A DNA stretch of 64,000 nucleotides, from NCBI GenBank assembly GCA_002104905.1, contig MCFE01000006.1, positions 62,001 through 126,000 on the forward strand, read 5' to 3'. This document shows, piece after piece, positions 1-12,947 of this stretch; position 1 is the stretch's first letter, and every line of letters begins with the position of its first letter. The position numbers were made by a program, and so were the translations under genes. A model generated the notes under the pieces. It was not told where the DNA came from. It ran no database searches and worked only from the letters and a program-made list of their open reading frames with translations. This DNA comes from Basidiobolus meristosporus CBS 931.73 (lineage: Eukaryota; Fungi; Basidiobolomycota).

Positions 1-1617
1 AGATTCATTTAAGGTATCTGTATGAATAGTTGTTTGAACGTCCATCTCGTCACAAACACTCAAGCAGTTATCAATGGTAGCAGGAGTAGAGCCCCAGTCC
101 TCATGAAGCTTTAGTCCAATGCATCCAAATTCGATTTGCTCGCGAAGAGGAGCAGGGTCAGAACAATTTCCTTTGCCAGTGAAACCGAAGTTTAGCGGAA
201 TGTCGTCAGTGGATACCATCATATATTCAACATGGAATGCGGCAGGCGTGCAAGTAGTTGCTTTACTACCAGTATTAGGTCCTGTTCCACCACCAATCAC
301 TGTGGTGATTCCACTACTCAAGGCTTCATAACACATCTGGGGACAGATAAAGTGGATGTGAGTATCCACAGCACCGGCCACAAAGATGTTTCCTTCACCA
401 GCAAGTGCTTCAGTCGAAGCACCAATGATCATTCCGTCAGTTACGCCGTCCATGATGTCAGGGTTTCCAGCTTTTCCAATTCCAACAATGTATCCGTCTT
501 TAATACCGATATCCGCTTTGATAATGCCGCTATGATCCACGATAATGGCATTGGTAATCACCAGGTCCAGACAATTATCATTCAAGGTATGGGTGGATTG
601 TCCCATACCTTCACGTATGACTTTTCCTCCGCCGAAGACGCATTCATCACCATAAACCGTAAAATCCTTCTCGATTTCAATAAAGAGGTTGGTATCGCCT
701 AGTCGGATACGATCGCCGACAGTTGGACCAAACATATCCTTATAAACAACTCGTGGGATCGAGAAGGGGATGGGTGGAGCAGATTCAAACTCCTGCTTGG
801 CATGGCGGAATCCACGCTTTTCGCATGTCGCGATGATTTCGGGGATTCGCTTCTCGTCGTATTCGCCAGTAGCGATATTGTTTCCTCCTGATATATATTT
901 CTTACCGCCAATCTTCACGAGGGTTACGGTTTTAGAATCACCTGGCTCGAAACGAACCGAAGTTCCAGAAGTAATATCCAGTCTATATCCATAGGCACGG
1001 CCTCGGTCGAACTCGAGCTCACTATTTGTTTCGACGAAATGGTAATGAGAGCCTACCTGTAACATGACGAACATTAGAACATTGGATGGATTAATCAGCA
1101 TTATACTACTCACCTGAATCGGTCTATCACCCATGTTAGTAACTCTGAGGGAGATTCTGTCTCTGTCTGGGACCATGATAATGTTTCCAGGTCGTGGAAT
1201 AACTGCACCTGGTAAGCTATATTCATCTACAGGTAATGGTACAGGGAATGCATCCATCTTGGGGATCGGGAAGAAACTGCCATACAGAGCCAATTCAAGA
1301 TTCCCATCGTCCGTACAAATAGGGTCTTGGATAGCTACCAAGAATGTACCATCTCTGAACGTACCCTCCACATGCACTTCGTGTAGAGTCCCCAATACGG
1401 AGGTTAAAACGTGGCGACGACCTAACAGATGTCTACCTATATCCATAAGCTCAGACACGCTATGATTTCCATCCCTGATGAATTCGAGTATTTGTGAAGC
1501 AATAAGTGCAGTCGCTTCCGTGTGGTTGAGTCTCACCCCTCTGGCAAGACGTTTCTGGGCGAGAAAGCCGACCTGGTGAATAATCAACTTGTCTTGCTCT
1601 CTGAAAACAAGATTCAT
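1..1617 (-). CDS. URE1: Urease, eukaryotic single-chain gamma-beta-alpha type; 3' part runs off the window start
   Basis: Manual translation from ATG 1617: [35 protein letters not shown]...; RPIQ|VGSHYHF across a GTGAGT..CAG intron at 1057-1113; [10 protein letters not shown] (Ni-binding HxH), [27 protein letters not shown]. Absent from the ORF track because the frame has no stop before the edge. Confidence 0.98.
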   Translation of the reverse strand, partial: MNLVFREQDKLIIHQVGFLAQKRLARGVRLNHTEATALIASQILEFIRDGNHSVSELMDIGRHLLGRRHVLTSVLGTLHEVHVEGTFRDGTFLVAIQDPICTDDGNLELALYGSFFPIPKMDAFPVPLPVDEYSLPGAVIPRPGNIIMVPDRDRISLRVTNMGDRPIQVSSIMLINPSNVLMFVMLQVGSHYHFVETNSELEFDRGRAYGYRLDITSGTSVRFEPGDSKTVTLVKIGGKKYISGGNNIATGEYDEKRIPEIIATCEKRGFRHAKQEFESAPPIPFSIPRVVYKDMFGPTVGDRIRLGDTNLFIEIEKDFTVYGDECVFGGGKVIREGMGQSTHTLNDNCLDLVITNAIIVDHSGIIKADIGIKDGYIVGIGKAGNPDIMDGVTDGMIIGASTEALAGEGNIFVAGAVDTHIHFICPQMCYEALSSGITTVIGGGTGPNTGSKATTCTPAAFHVEYMMVSTDDIPLNFGFTGKGNCSDPAPLREQIEFGCIGLKLHEDWGSTPATIDNCLSVCDEMDVQTTIHTDTLNES

Positions 1618-3017
1618 AGTTCCTAGAGTACTTCGAGAGAGATTATGACACTAGATATGAAAAGGATGTATATTAGGAAAACGATGTGGACAGCCAGCTA
1701 CGGCTAGCAACGAGCAAGAAGAGAATATATGCACTGTTCTCATCGCCATCTTATCTTAATATATATATTTCTTGTGCTTGTAATACCAATCATGTGACAC
1801 TACTTGAAAACAAATCCATATGCTAACGTAAAGGAAATAAAGAATCCACAATGAAATTTCACAAGATCAAGTTTTAGCAAACAAGTGTTGGATTGAATCA
1901 CCAAAAATTCCGAATTTGGGTTAACTGATGAATATTATCTCTAGCAGATACAACTCCCCCACTAAGCAACCCACCGGCTGTACATTTTTAGATGGCAGAG
2001 CACAATATTACAACTGTAGTGAGAATGGTGTGAATAATTCGTCGTTGAATACGATATGGAGCCTGTGATAGGTGGCAGATTTTTTGCGCCACAAATGAAA
2101 GATCTTACGGCCTCGGTCTGGATGATAATCTACTTTTGATGAGCAGAGTTCGAAAAGCTACTCAATTGATAACCTAACTGGTTTTTGGAAACCGCCATTG
2201 CCGAGTAATGGCAACTGTTTTCCTGCGGCAGTTGCTATCGAATCCACCAACCTCAAGCACTCATCTTGGTTGCTAAAATAGTAACCAGCCAGTGGTTTCA
2301 TTGACTTTTCAAAGTTAATGCATTCCGCAATCAGGGGCATTGACCATAGCGACTACAGCTTATGCTAGTTGTGAACCTAGCTTTCAACATCACAAGATGT
2401 ACTAATAGCATTGATGCTGGCGAGCACAAGGAATGACAATCCCTAATTGGGTATTTACTGATCAAATTGATTTAGTTGTATTTAGCATGCATCTAACCTT
2501 CGTTCCTTGAAAATGCCACATGAATCCAAATTTGTTGAGGCATGAATTTTTCGGAATTCATACTCAACATTCGACCGTTTTCATTGGCAAGCGCCAGGCT
2601 TAACCTACTCATATGATATACAACATAGAGAAACCTACCAATCAGGCGAATCTATGGACTGCTCCATGGTGATATGTATTTAGGCTAATATACTGGAATA
2701 CTTAGCATTGCCTCTTTGGTACCAAATGGAATGTGGTGTTTTGTGACACCTGATGAGCATATGGTGATCGTTTTCCGTTCCAACAATTGTTCGCAATCGT
2801 ATACATGTTTATTCTCACATATGATTCCCGAACGAAAAGTTTGGAATTTCTCATAATTAAATTATTTGAGGTTGGGCTCTTATTTGCCTACTTTTTCTTA
2901 CTCATTAACATAATCATCTCAAAGCTCGCTTACAACGAAAAGCATCTTGTTAAATTCTTCGACTTATAGACATTTACAACTCATTTGAATTCTGTTCATC
3001 TGATTATATCAACCTCA

Positions 3018-5941
3018 ATGAATTCTCCCGTACATTCATTAAGTAGATTTTTTCGGTCCACACGAAACTCAATTATCGGTCGCGATAAACAATATCCTAC
3101 AACTTCACCATCGCCACCACCGCCGCCTGAGAGTCCAACCACGACAGGGCCAAACGAATGGGTTGATTTTCAGCTACCAAACGACTCTGAGATGTATTAC
3201 ATTAATCCGGTAGATTGTTTTGCTAATATCAATGCTTTTAGGAGACTCAAGGGTTATCGACCTTCAACTCTGAATCTCCCTGAGTTTTTCAGTGGTTAAA
3301 AAATATTTGCATTCGCGGCTTCTGACTCTATTTTAATTCAAGGTGACCGGCGAATGCATCCGAAATTTACCCCCGAATGCAAACCTGTACGTAACGTGGT
3401 TGCATATGGACAATTCTAACAAGAACCCAAGACTAATCGACTCACTTAACAATTCTTAGAAATTCCAATGGGACGGACGGTCAATGGTGGGAACTCTACG
3501 ATCCTGAACACCAATTGAACTTTTATTTCAATTCGAGTACTGACCAAGCAGAATGGTTGAAGCCTGAAGATGTTGATATAATTCCTCTATCGTTAGTTCA
3601 GGTATCTCAACAAAGTTAAACCACTCTTGCATGATCAATCGTTAAATTATGAACAACGTCTCCAATAGAAAAACTCCTTAGGCCAAAAGGTCTTGATGAA
3701 AATTTCCATGAAAGCGGCTAGTAAGATTGCCGGGACAGATATCAAGGCACTAGGTATTGATCGTCAAGTTAATACATCGCATTCTCCCTTGGGGTTAAGT
3801 TTAGGCGGACCTGTGGGGGATACGGGAACATTGCGCAAGGAGCGTGCAGGTCGATTAAGCTCGCCCACTTTACCTAGTGTCCCACATGTATACAGATTTC
3901 AATATCGGTTGCAGTGGATATGGGCTAACGATCATCTTCATTTCATTTAGACAGCACCTATCCAATCATCACCATTAAGTCGGGCTGATGAGTGGTCAGA
4001 GCCTAGTACTGACCATTCAGACCATAGCCCAGAGCGCCTGGCACCCTCAAGCAACCTCACCCCTGTTCGAAAGTCCGTGTTAGTTGCAAATAATGCTCGT
4101 CGTTCTGGTATCAGCTCGCCGGTGCTGAATCCTGGTAAATGCCAACCAACAACTCGCCTAAAAAATTAATATCTAAGTACACCATATATAGATGCTGCTG
4201 CTGCCATGCATCCACATAATTCTCATCAAGAGACTGCTCCCATAGTTTTGCCTCAGCGGGTGCAGTCTTTACTCCCACCAAGTCGACATAATGGGTAATG
4301 TTTAATCTTTAGTTTTGTACCTAAGCGGGTTGCTGACAGTCTGGCTGATTGATAGCCATGCCTCACTTCCGTCTCAGTTGGTTGTAGAGATTGAACAATT
4401 TCAGATCGATGGCTTCGCCAAGAAGTATTTTGCCACACACAAACGAGGAATATTTCGACGCAAAGTGCCAATGGAAAAGATGCTTCAATGGACTAAAGTA
4501 TGTTGGTCTATGGTATGATTTATAATCACCTTTATCTAACCCTTTACTAGGATTCCATCAAGCAACCACTGATGGTTCTCAATAAAAATGTGCATAGAGA
4601 TGCCTTGAAGTGTTTTAAACATATCCTTCTGTTCGATAATTAGACATAATCCCTATCCCCGATTCTATCCTTAACTTTTGATTCTACTGATCCAACGGGT
4701 TATGGGTGATAGGGTTCGCACCAAAAACAACGAATTGCGGGACATCCAGTGGCTTTTAGATCGTGGAATCGTTTTTGGTGAACTTCGCGACGAGATTTAC
4801 GTTCAAATGTGCAAGCAGCTGACCAACAATCCACACCCGTAAGTTATTGACAAAGCCAGCCTGCGTTGATTTCGACTAATGATGTGTTCTACCCCAGATC
4901 TAGCGTATTTAAGGGATGGCAGTTGATGAGTATTGTCACGGTAGTGTTTCCTGCATCCAAAAATTTTGAAGAGTATTTGAAAACCTTTTACCGCGCACAC
5001 TTCCAATCCTCCGAGCCAAAGATACCCTTAATGGCCAAGCATTGCTACAATAAGCTAATGCGTATATCGAAATCTGGTCCTCGTGGAAAAATTCCTTCAT
5101 CAACTGAAATTGAGCAGGCAAAGGTAACCTATTTGCAATACTTGATGAATGGCACCCGAAATTGGGCTGATCTTGATTTCTTTAAGGATGCCGCGTTCTA
5201 TCCTTCAGTATTTGGCGACACACTAGAGAACTTTATGGAGCAACAGAAGGAACAGCATCCAGAGCTTCCTCTTCCTCATATCCTTCTCTTTTTAGCTGGT
5301 GCCGTTCTCAAGCTTGGTGGATTGCATAGCGAAGGAATTTTCAGGCTCTCAGGAGACCCCGAGTTCGTGAATCAACTGCGTTTGAATTTAGAAAAACAGA
5401 AGTACGATCTTGAAGGGATCGCTGATCCAAACTCTCCCTCATCCTTACTAAAGCTGTGGCTGCGAGATCTTTCTGAACCCCTTATACCCATCGAGTTTTA
5501 TGATAAGTGCCTCCTTTTTGCAGAAAATCCTCAAGAGGCCATTCAGCTTATTGGCAACCTACCCGATATCAATCGCCAAGTAGTCCATTTCATGATCTCA
5601 TATTTGCAGGTAACTCTCAAAACTAGGGTAACGTTAGATTATCTCTAACTTTTGCACTGAAAATCTAGATGTTCTTAACAGACGAAGCCACTAGCTCCAC
5701 CAAGATGAGTGTTTCGAACATTGCCATGATCTTTGCGCCGAACTTTCTGAGATGTCCAAGCGAGAATTTGAATGAGATTTTCGAAAAGACCCGTTACGAA
5801 CAAGCTTACATTCGAACCTTGCTGCTTGAAATGAGGCCGAAGCCATTAGTCACATTGAACCCTGAAAGTGGAGAGATAATAATGACCAACACCTCAAGCC
5901 CAAAGCTAGTGGAGGCTATTGAATCAACCCAAATCGATTAA
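3018..5941 (+). CDS. WW-WW-MyTH4-RhoGAP protein (ARHGAP39-like), multi-exon
   Basis: WW-like exons NEWVDFQ..MYYINP|VTGEC and GQWWELYDPEHQLNFYFNSSTDQAEWLKP; MyTH4-like KMLQWTK|DSIKQPL and ELRDEIYVQMCKQLTNNP; RhoGAP GGLHSEGIFRLSGD, SLLKLWLRDLSEPLIP, KMSVSNIAMIFAPNFLRCP; GT-AG introns restore the frame. Confidence 0.9.
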
Positions 5942-6294
5942 TATCTAGCCCATCTCATCAAGTCCTATACTCTCTTATCATTCCTCATTTACTATATCCT
6001 TTATTTCAACATGTATTAAGCAGGCTCCTTCTATTGCTCTCTCGTTCCATTTAATCTATTCAAGGTGATCCACCATCACATAAGTTTCGAATTTTGCCAT
6101 TGATTCTATGATATATCATATGTACTTCCAAATGTAATACACCTGCGAATGTTCAGCTTGAATGAACTCCAGTTACACGCATCTATTTATTATTTTCCTC
6201 ACAACATTGTTATTACTAAAAGGCTCACTGATAATAAGAGTCCTCGCGTCCTTGCAGAAAAATAACCATCTTGGCTGGGTCTGAAAAATAGCAA

Positions 6295-7405
6295 TCAGAC
6301 GGAGATTTTGGTGAAGGTTTTCGGATCGTAACCATGCTTTTTTAGGTCCCCTCTGGTTTCCAAAGGGTTATCCAATGCTTGTTGAAGGAAGAATTCAAAG
6401 AATCCTTGCACCGTAAGTCCATACTCGTTGGAGGAGAACATCTGAAAAAGCTGCTCGACGAAATCTGCTGCGGGATGAAGTCCATTGGTTGTATACAAGA
6501 AATGATCCATCTCTTCCACATTCAAAGCACCATCCTTGTCCTCATCAAATCTATCAAAAAGTTCTTCCAAAATACATTTCAGAGAGTTACTCAGACAATT
6601 CCCTTCTAGCAATGGTTGCTCTCCTTCATCCCCTTCAATTTCATCGTATAAGTTCCTGATCTCTCGCTGTAGCTCTTTATATCAACACGTTAGTAATTGG
6701 ACTTTGCCTCTTCGCAGGTAATTGTTCAAACTTTACCACTAATAGGCTCATACGTGTTGTCAATGGCTTTACCAATCTGGAGTAGAGTGGACGCTTCGTG
6801 AAGAGAATTATTAAGATAGCAAATGAAACCTAGTAGATGGTAGCAACTAGCACTTTTCGGATAAAAATCTAATGGAAATATTGAATATGCATTAGACATA
6901 CAAAGGAGTTCGAAGATATGATTGCATATGGGTAGAACTATTGAGAAACTACCTAGAATGGATAATACTTTGACACAGGCCTCCACTAGCAGATCCATGT
7001 CTTGCTCCGCTTGGAATCTTTTCAGCAATTCCTGAACTTGGTCGTGTGAAAGCTCCATACCCGCTTTCTCTGTGGTCTCGGCTCGTTTCAGAAGTAAATA
7101 TCTTTCAACAAAAAAGGCCTTCCAGCTCTTGGGACAGACAACAATCTCTTCGGGAATTTGGATACCAGCATTGTTGAGTATAGTGGCAAGCAATTCTCGA
7201 TCGCCGAAAACCTCTACATACTTGCTGGAAGTGAGAAGCGTGGTGAGAATAATGCACATACATTGTAGAAATATTTTAGTAATTGTTGAACTGTCTATCT
7301 TCTTACTTACTCAGCCCAGAATTCCTCAGAATTGTTGTCACTTTGAATATGAAGACTTTCCAGAATTTCTGACAACTCCTCGTTCGTGTATGTATCGTTA
7401 TTCAT
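6295..7405 (-). CDS. Hypothetical protein with a TPR-like helical segment and a C-terminal EF-hand; 3 exons
   Basis: Spliced model MNNDTYTNEEL..FWA|DKYVEVFGD..ASCYHLLGFICYLNNSLHEASTLLQIG (TPR-like)..EPIS|ELQREI..LFDRFDEDKDGALNVEEM (canonical EF-hand loop). Confidence 0.7.
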
Positions 7406-7920
7406 CTTGCCATTCAAGAGTAATATGTAGGTGTACAAAGGTTGGTCCACTGCGTCAAAGGATTGTATCCATGTGGTAATAATTTCTGTATATTGTTAAT
7501 ATGGAATTGTTGACGTGTGGCTGAAACTATATTGTAATTGTGTAACAATTTCACTTTCGATATAGATACTATGTAATCCTCTGTCAGGATGCATGAAGAT
7601 AACAATCAGGTAAAAAACCTTGGGCGCTTCACGGCCATGGTAGGTACCCAATATAGCTCTGATAATACATACCAACTTTTGACAGTCAAATTATGCATCG
7701 AGAATGGATATAGATGCTGTATCCGTTTATTTGAGTCATTTAATAACAGTGATTTCGACGACAGAAAATGGACAGAGAACAGTTGGAATTCAACAACAAA
7801 GAAGCTTTTAAGCGAAAAACCATCTGTTGATAAAATTGAAAGGAATAGTATTTTTGAAGAGCATCGTATCTTAGAGCCACGTCACATTGAATTGGCATTG
7901 ATAATAAGCACCAGCATAGT

Positions 7921-9073
7921 TTACTCTTCACTTTTAACTTTAGTATTCTATACAAAAGCGTTATTGGGACGACTTGAGGTTAAAATTACTTATTGCACCA
8001 ACTTACTTGCAATTCGATGTGCTCATCTGCTAGCTTCAGATATTCTTTGGCCTGATCTTCGGTCTTCTTTTTAAGGGTTTCGGAATCACGGGCATTACTT
8101 TTCAATTGCGCAATTTCATCAGTAAGCTCGGCAATACGTTTTTTCTGCTTCATATCGTTCTCTTCCATGTTTTTGGTCTCCTTGTTGAGGTTGCCCTTTC
8201 CCTATGTGGAGCACCATGCTAAGTAAAATATTTCAAAGCATCAATTGAGGAATAGTAGTACCTGGCCCTTGATCTTCTCAAGTTTCTCCTCAGCAAGGAA
8301 AAGGTCCATCAAAATAGAGAAGGTACGGTCGAGAATTCTGGCCACAAGTTAAATTAAGATCCGTGATATTGTGAAATGATACTTCAATCACTTACAAAGA
8401 GAGGAAAAGAGTAAACCCAGTTAGATACCTATAAATGATGACGATTAGAGAAATATAATGAAAATAAATGTCTAGCTACTTTACATATTTCTCTGGCTGT
8501 AAAATTTCTTGACATGAAGTTGGGTATCTGTACGAGGATCAGCTAAATTGGCTTGATCGGCTTCGGCAGATGCTTTTATCATTCTATTTATGGAATCTTC
8601 AAAAACAGTTAGAATAAGAGGAACTCTAAATGTCTAGTTAGATATCTACCTGCGAAAAGGATGAACACGAAGCTGTTCCACACTCTATGTTAGAAATATT
8701 CTTGCGATAGTGAAGCCATAGAAAGAGTAATCTTACACTCCAACAACATTGATAATCCATTGGTTTTTCCTTATCTAATTGACCATTAGCACACTCGGTA
8801 AATTGAAAAGCAACAAGATTGGCTCTACTTACAATGCCAGACTCGTCGATTTTCATGAATACAACTCTTCTCCATTTTTTAGGGAAGGGAAACTAAGATG
8901 AAATTAATACGCTGTATGCAAACCCTTGAAGCCTTTCCGCACACTTACCACCATCATTACAAATAGAGACATCTGAAATTAACTAAATTGTTAGTAGTTG
9001 CAATATTCGGCAACAGCCTATTACTTACCTCAAATATGAGAAGTCCAAACACCAAGCTATAATATAGAGCCAT
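7921..9073 (-). CDS. BAP31: B-cell receptor-associated protein 31 (BAP31/Yet3-like) ER membrane protein, multi-exon
   Basis: MALYYSLVFGLLIFE|MSLFVMMV|FPFPKKWRRVVF; coiled coil LKKKTEDQAKEYLKLADEH; last exon NTKVKSEE* ending at TAA 7921. Confidence 0.9.
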
Positions 9074-9583
9074 AATAGTTTATGATGTCCACACAAAGGT
9101 AAAGTCTTATGGATTAGGTTAACGAGAAGAGAGAGTTGTTGAACTACGGAACGTAAATGAGGTTTTATTATAGTCAAGGGTCTATTAATTTTCTTATGCT
9201 TTGTTCATGCCAAGTGACGTGTGCATTCTGACTCGAATCATTTTTGGATTTTTTCAGTCCATTCTGATTATAATGAAAAGTACTAAAATCAGAATATCGT
9301 CATCAATTATCCGCTGGTGATTCATGCTATTCGATATTTAACCTACACTTTTATCAATAATACACATGTGTATACGGTATTGTCCATGATCATTTGCTGA
9401 CAAGTATAGAATACCGCTGAACATTTTCACCTTATTCTATATATATGAGATCTGTTGGTATACGCAAGAGAGAGGGCGTTTGCCCATAATTTTCTGCACA
9501 GAATTACTTGTGAGGGAGAACTGATGGAAATGTGATCAAATTAATAGATTTATATAAGTGCGTATTAGGAAGCTACGTGGAAA

Positions 9584-11134
9584 CTAGAACATTATGAATG
9601 CTGTATACTTTTTCCCTTGAGGATACACCATCATTGAGGCCATAAACAGGCCCATGGAAATACTCAGACCAACAACAACCATTTGGAAAGCAAGCTGCAT
9701 TCCATCAGAACTGTCGCCAAATGCCTGCAAGAACCCTTTCACTCCTAAGCTACCAGGTACTAACATCATCACGGCGACTAGTACTGCTCCAAAACTAAAA
9801 CGGTGCGAAATACGAGTGTACACATTTCCTATCAATGCGATCGTAAAGGATGATATGGCAGCAGATATTGTTACGTCCATATACTGTGAGGTGAAGTAAG
9901 AAACGGTATACCCTGCGAGGCTAAGCATAAGCATAGGTGGCCATTGCCTCAGGCTAGCGTTTATGGATATACAATAGCCTACGGCCAACAGTGGAATCAG
10001 GAGGAATTGCCAATAAGGACTAACAGGATGACATTCTTCCCTCTGCTTTGTTCCCGAATCAATGGCACTCCAAGCCTGGGAGCCAATATTCAACCCAAAT
10101 CCCAGCATGAAGGCTAATACAAGAGCATACACCAAACGGACCACACCGGATATCGAGTTCTTTGATGCCAGCTCTAACACAGAGGAGGTCAGAGGCAAAC
10201 CAGGCAGAATCAACGCAACGGACGAAACGATGACGTTCATATAACAAATATGCTCATGCAGGGCGGTGGCGACAAAAGCGCACATGATGGCAGCCGAAAG
10301 CTCAAATACATTATTATAGCTGTATATCTTCTCTGACAACAAGGCCAAAATCCCCACACCAAGGCTCAATCCGGCTCCAGTAACTGCATCAAGCCAACTT
10401 CCATGAAACAATGAAGGCGTCATGCAGAACGAGCATAGCGGATAATTCAATACTTGCACCCACCATGGCCAAACTGGCGAGGATACCAGGAGCTCCTCCA
10501 AAATAGCGTAAGCATCTTTGAGGTTAATTTTTTCGTGGATAACCTCCTTGGATAGAAAATAGGTTTTTTCCAATTTATCCATATGGTAGCCTACTACACT
10601 CCTCACGATATGCGTATCGCTTGTATGTGTGTTTGGGTCCAGAAACGAAATAAAGGTCACTCCTGGCATGTAGGCCACACTTGCCCGCAGGTTTAAGGCC
10701 TTTGAGGCTTCGTACAGATTTTGCTCTAGTCGATGGGCGGGAGATCCGAAAGTTATCATCGCCTTGGCTAGTAGAATCAAATAATCATGATGCAATATGG
10801 TATTTGCAATCTGAGCAGTCAATGCGATATGCTCCGAAAAGGGATCCAACATTTCAGAAAGATCATCGCGGGATTGATTTGAACAAGGACAGGCGGAAGT
10901 GCCACAATCATTATATTTTGATCCAAATGAGTTTTCGCATTTCAAATCGTGCAGATTGCAGGCTGAACGGGTTCTTCGTCTATGAAGAAAAAACTGATTG
11001 CATTTCGCTTTGTTTGTATTCCAAGTAAGTAGTTGAGCAGGAATGCCTCCATGGTGTCCGTCTAATCGGTGCCTATGGCCAGTGATTTCTTCGATGATGC
11101 GCTCATCCAGTGCGTTGACAGAAGGATGGATCAT
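9584..11134 (-). CDS. ThrE/DUF1212 family (Prm10-like) threonine/serine exporter-type membrane protein, intronless
   Basis: 516-aa ORF with LAKAMITFGSPAHRLE, LILPGLPLTSSVLELASKNSISGVVRL and MMLVPGSLG motifs and about 10 hydrophobic segments. Confidence 0.92.
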   Translation of the reverse strand: MIHPSVNALDERIIEEITGHRHRLDGHHGGIPAQLLTWNTNKAKCNQFFLHRRRTRSACNLHDLKCENSFGSKYNDCGTSACPCSNQSRDDLSEMLDPFSEHIALTAQIANTILHHDYLILLAKAMITFGSPAHRLEQNLYEASKALNLRASVAYMPGVTFISFLDPNTHTSDTHIVRSVVGYHMDKLEKTYFLSKEVIHEKINLKDAYAILEELLVSSPVWPWWVQVLNYPLCSFCMTPSLFHGSWLDAVTGAGLSLGVGILALLSEKIYSYNNVFELSAAIMCAFVATALHEHICYMNVIVSSVALILPGLPLTSSVLELASKNSISGVVRLVYALVLAFMLGFGLNIGSQAWSAIDSGTKQREECHPVSPYWQFLLIPLLAVGYCISINASLRQWPPMLMLSLAGYTVSYFTSQYMDVTISAAISSFTIALIGNVYTRISHRFSFGAVLVAVMMLVPGSLGVKGFLQAFGDSSDGMQLAFQMVVVGLSISMGLFMASMMVYPQGKKYTAFIMF

Positions 11135-12947
11135 ATGGCAGGAAGTGAAACAGCCGTTTTACAGACTGAAAGCAGCGTTTCAAGTAGCAAATAAAGTGAC
11201 TGAACCGAATATTTGAGATTTGACTCAAGCTCTACTGCTTATCAATTATATATATATATGTTCCACACATGTAGGAAGCGAAAACAGTAGTGTCTGGTAG
11301 AATCCATCTCTAAGTTCTTGCTCTCCTCAACAGAAAATACGTCATTAGAATTATGATTACAAAGGAAAATATTTGATACTGTATAGCTAATAGCCACTCC
11401 TGTCAGATCTCGTAACTTAATCACGATTTAGGTACACTGTGACGTTGATAGAGTGCAATAATACACCGGTGCTTCCCGATAAGTAGCGAACAGTCAAAAA
11501 GGAGTAGGGGTAGTGGAGTAACAAATTCCTCCCTACACCTGTTCTATAATTTTGGATGGAGCAGCATTGTTGTTGCATGTCTGACAATAATAAATTAATA
11601 GGAAACTCATTATATTACTATTAAGGACATCGAATCAAGATACTGTTTGGTTTGGAACTATGAGCTCGTTGGTTGGAATACCGCTCAACAGACAAGTGAT
11701 ATTTCTGGGTATCAAGCTATGACTATTGGATATCAGCCAGGTTTCGGACAATGATACGAGGACTTACCCTGATTGGACACTATGATTATTCACTAGGGTA
11801 CTTCTTGAATCATGTACAGGTATATCAGGATTGTTTGTATACTTGCCATAATAAGAAGACTGCAATTCGGTTTTAAATGGAGAGCAAGATGATGATATAT
11901 AGATCTAATTATATGAATAGGTAGGGATGCCATCGATAGCTAATCCAATTGACGTCTCATATATTTCTTTACAGTGTAATTGAGGAAAGTCAATTCTTGG
12001 ACGCAAAGTATGAAATTTATAGTATATATATTCCGAAGCTCATGGCTTACCAGTGGTAATAGATAGATTTCTAGCCTATATCACATATATACCTTAGCCA
12101 AATATGTTGGTACCAACTCCTTCAAAAGGCATGTAACATCGCTTTGAGGGAGTTCAAGTGTACTCCAAGCCTTAGTTTATGGGGATTTCTACAATAGCAG
12201 TGACCAATACATATATATATATGTGATCCGAAGTACACCATGATCGCACCGATATAATTACTGGATCCGGAGGACCTCCCTTTTGTGGTTGAAAGGGTTA
12301 TTAAAACGTTCACACATCAATATAAAAACAAAGAAATGATTGATCAAATCCAGGTATAGCTATACGCAAAAATTCAAACTAAATTCAGGGTAACAACTCG
12401 TGCAATGTCTAGTACTTCCTTTCAACCTAGGGGAAATCAAAGCTTTTCATAATGGTCTGTATAAATACAAAAATTGATCGATTTCTGAACTCATCTTATA
12501 TTTTGCTTATATCCTACTCATATTTCAATTCGTACGGCGTTTGGCTTTATTATTTTACTTCCTCCTTTCTCATTTCAAGTTTGTTTTCGTTTACTGATTC
12601 TAGTAGCTGGGATTAACGCAAACACCGGAGTCAAGAAAGAGTACGAGGCATAGAGATCATAATTCCAATCGCCTTATAATACTTCCCTACCACGTATCGT
12701 CTCCTAGGCTGTCCAACATTGAGACGAAATCTATTAGTATTGTTACCTTTTCGTTGCTTTCAGTATCTCATTCCTGTGGTAGTTGATCTACCAGCTCACT
12801 CACACAATTTATTACCTCTGCCTTGATGGTAGACAATTTCTTAATTCCTAATTTCTGCTAATTATTTACTTAATTAATATTTTCTATTGTTGTCACCTTT
12901 TTGATATACGTTTCGCGTTTTTCTATTCTATTTGACCTTCATAAGTA

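Noticed and set aside
232-702. 156-aa + strand ORF (and other short + ORFs to 1465)
   Set aside because: Antisense shadows of the urease coding frame.
2158-2969. Short hydrophobic ORF fragments between urease and RhoGAP
   Set aside because: No consistent frame, splice model or recognisable family; may be a relic but is unsupported.
7589-8074. 161-aa + strand ORF
   Set aside because: Overlaps the 3' exons and intron of BAP31 on the opposite strand; no recognisable motif.
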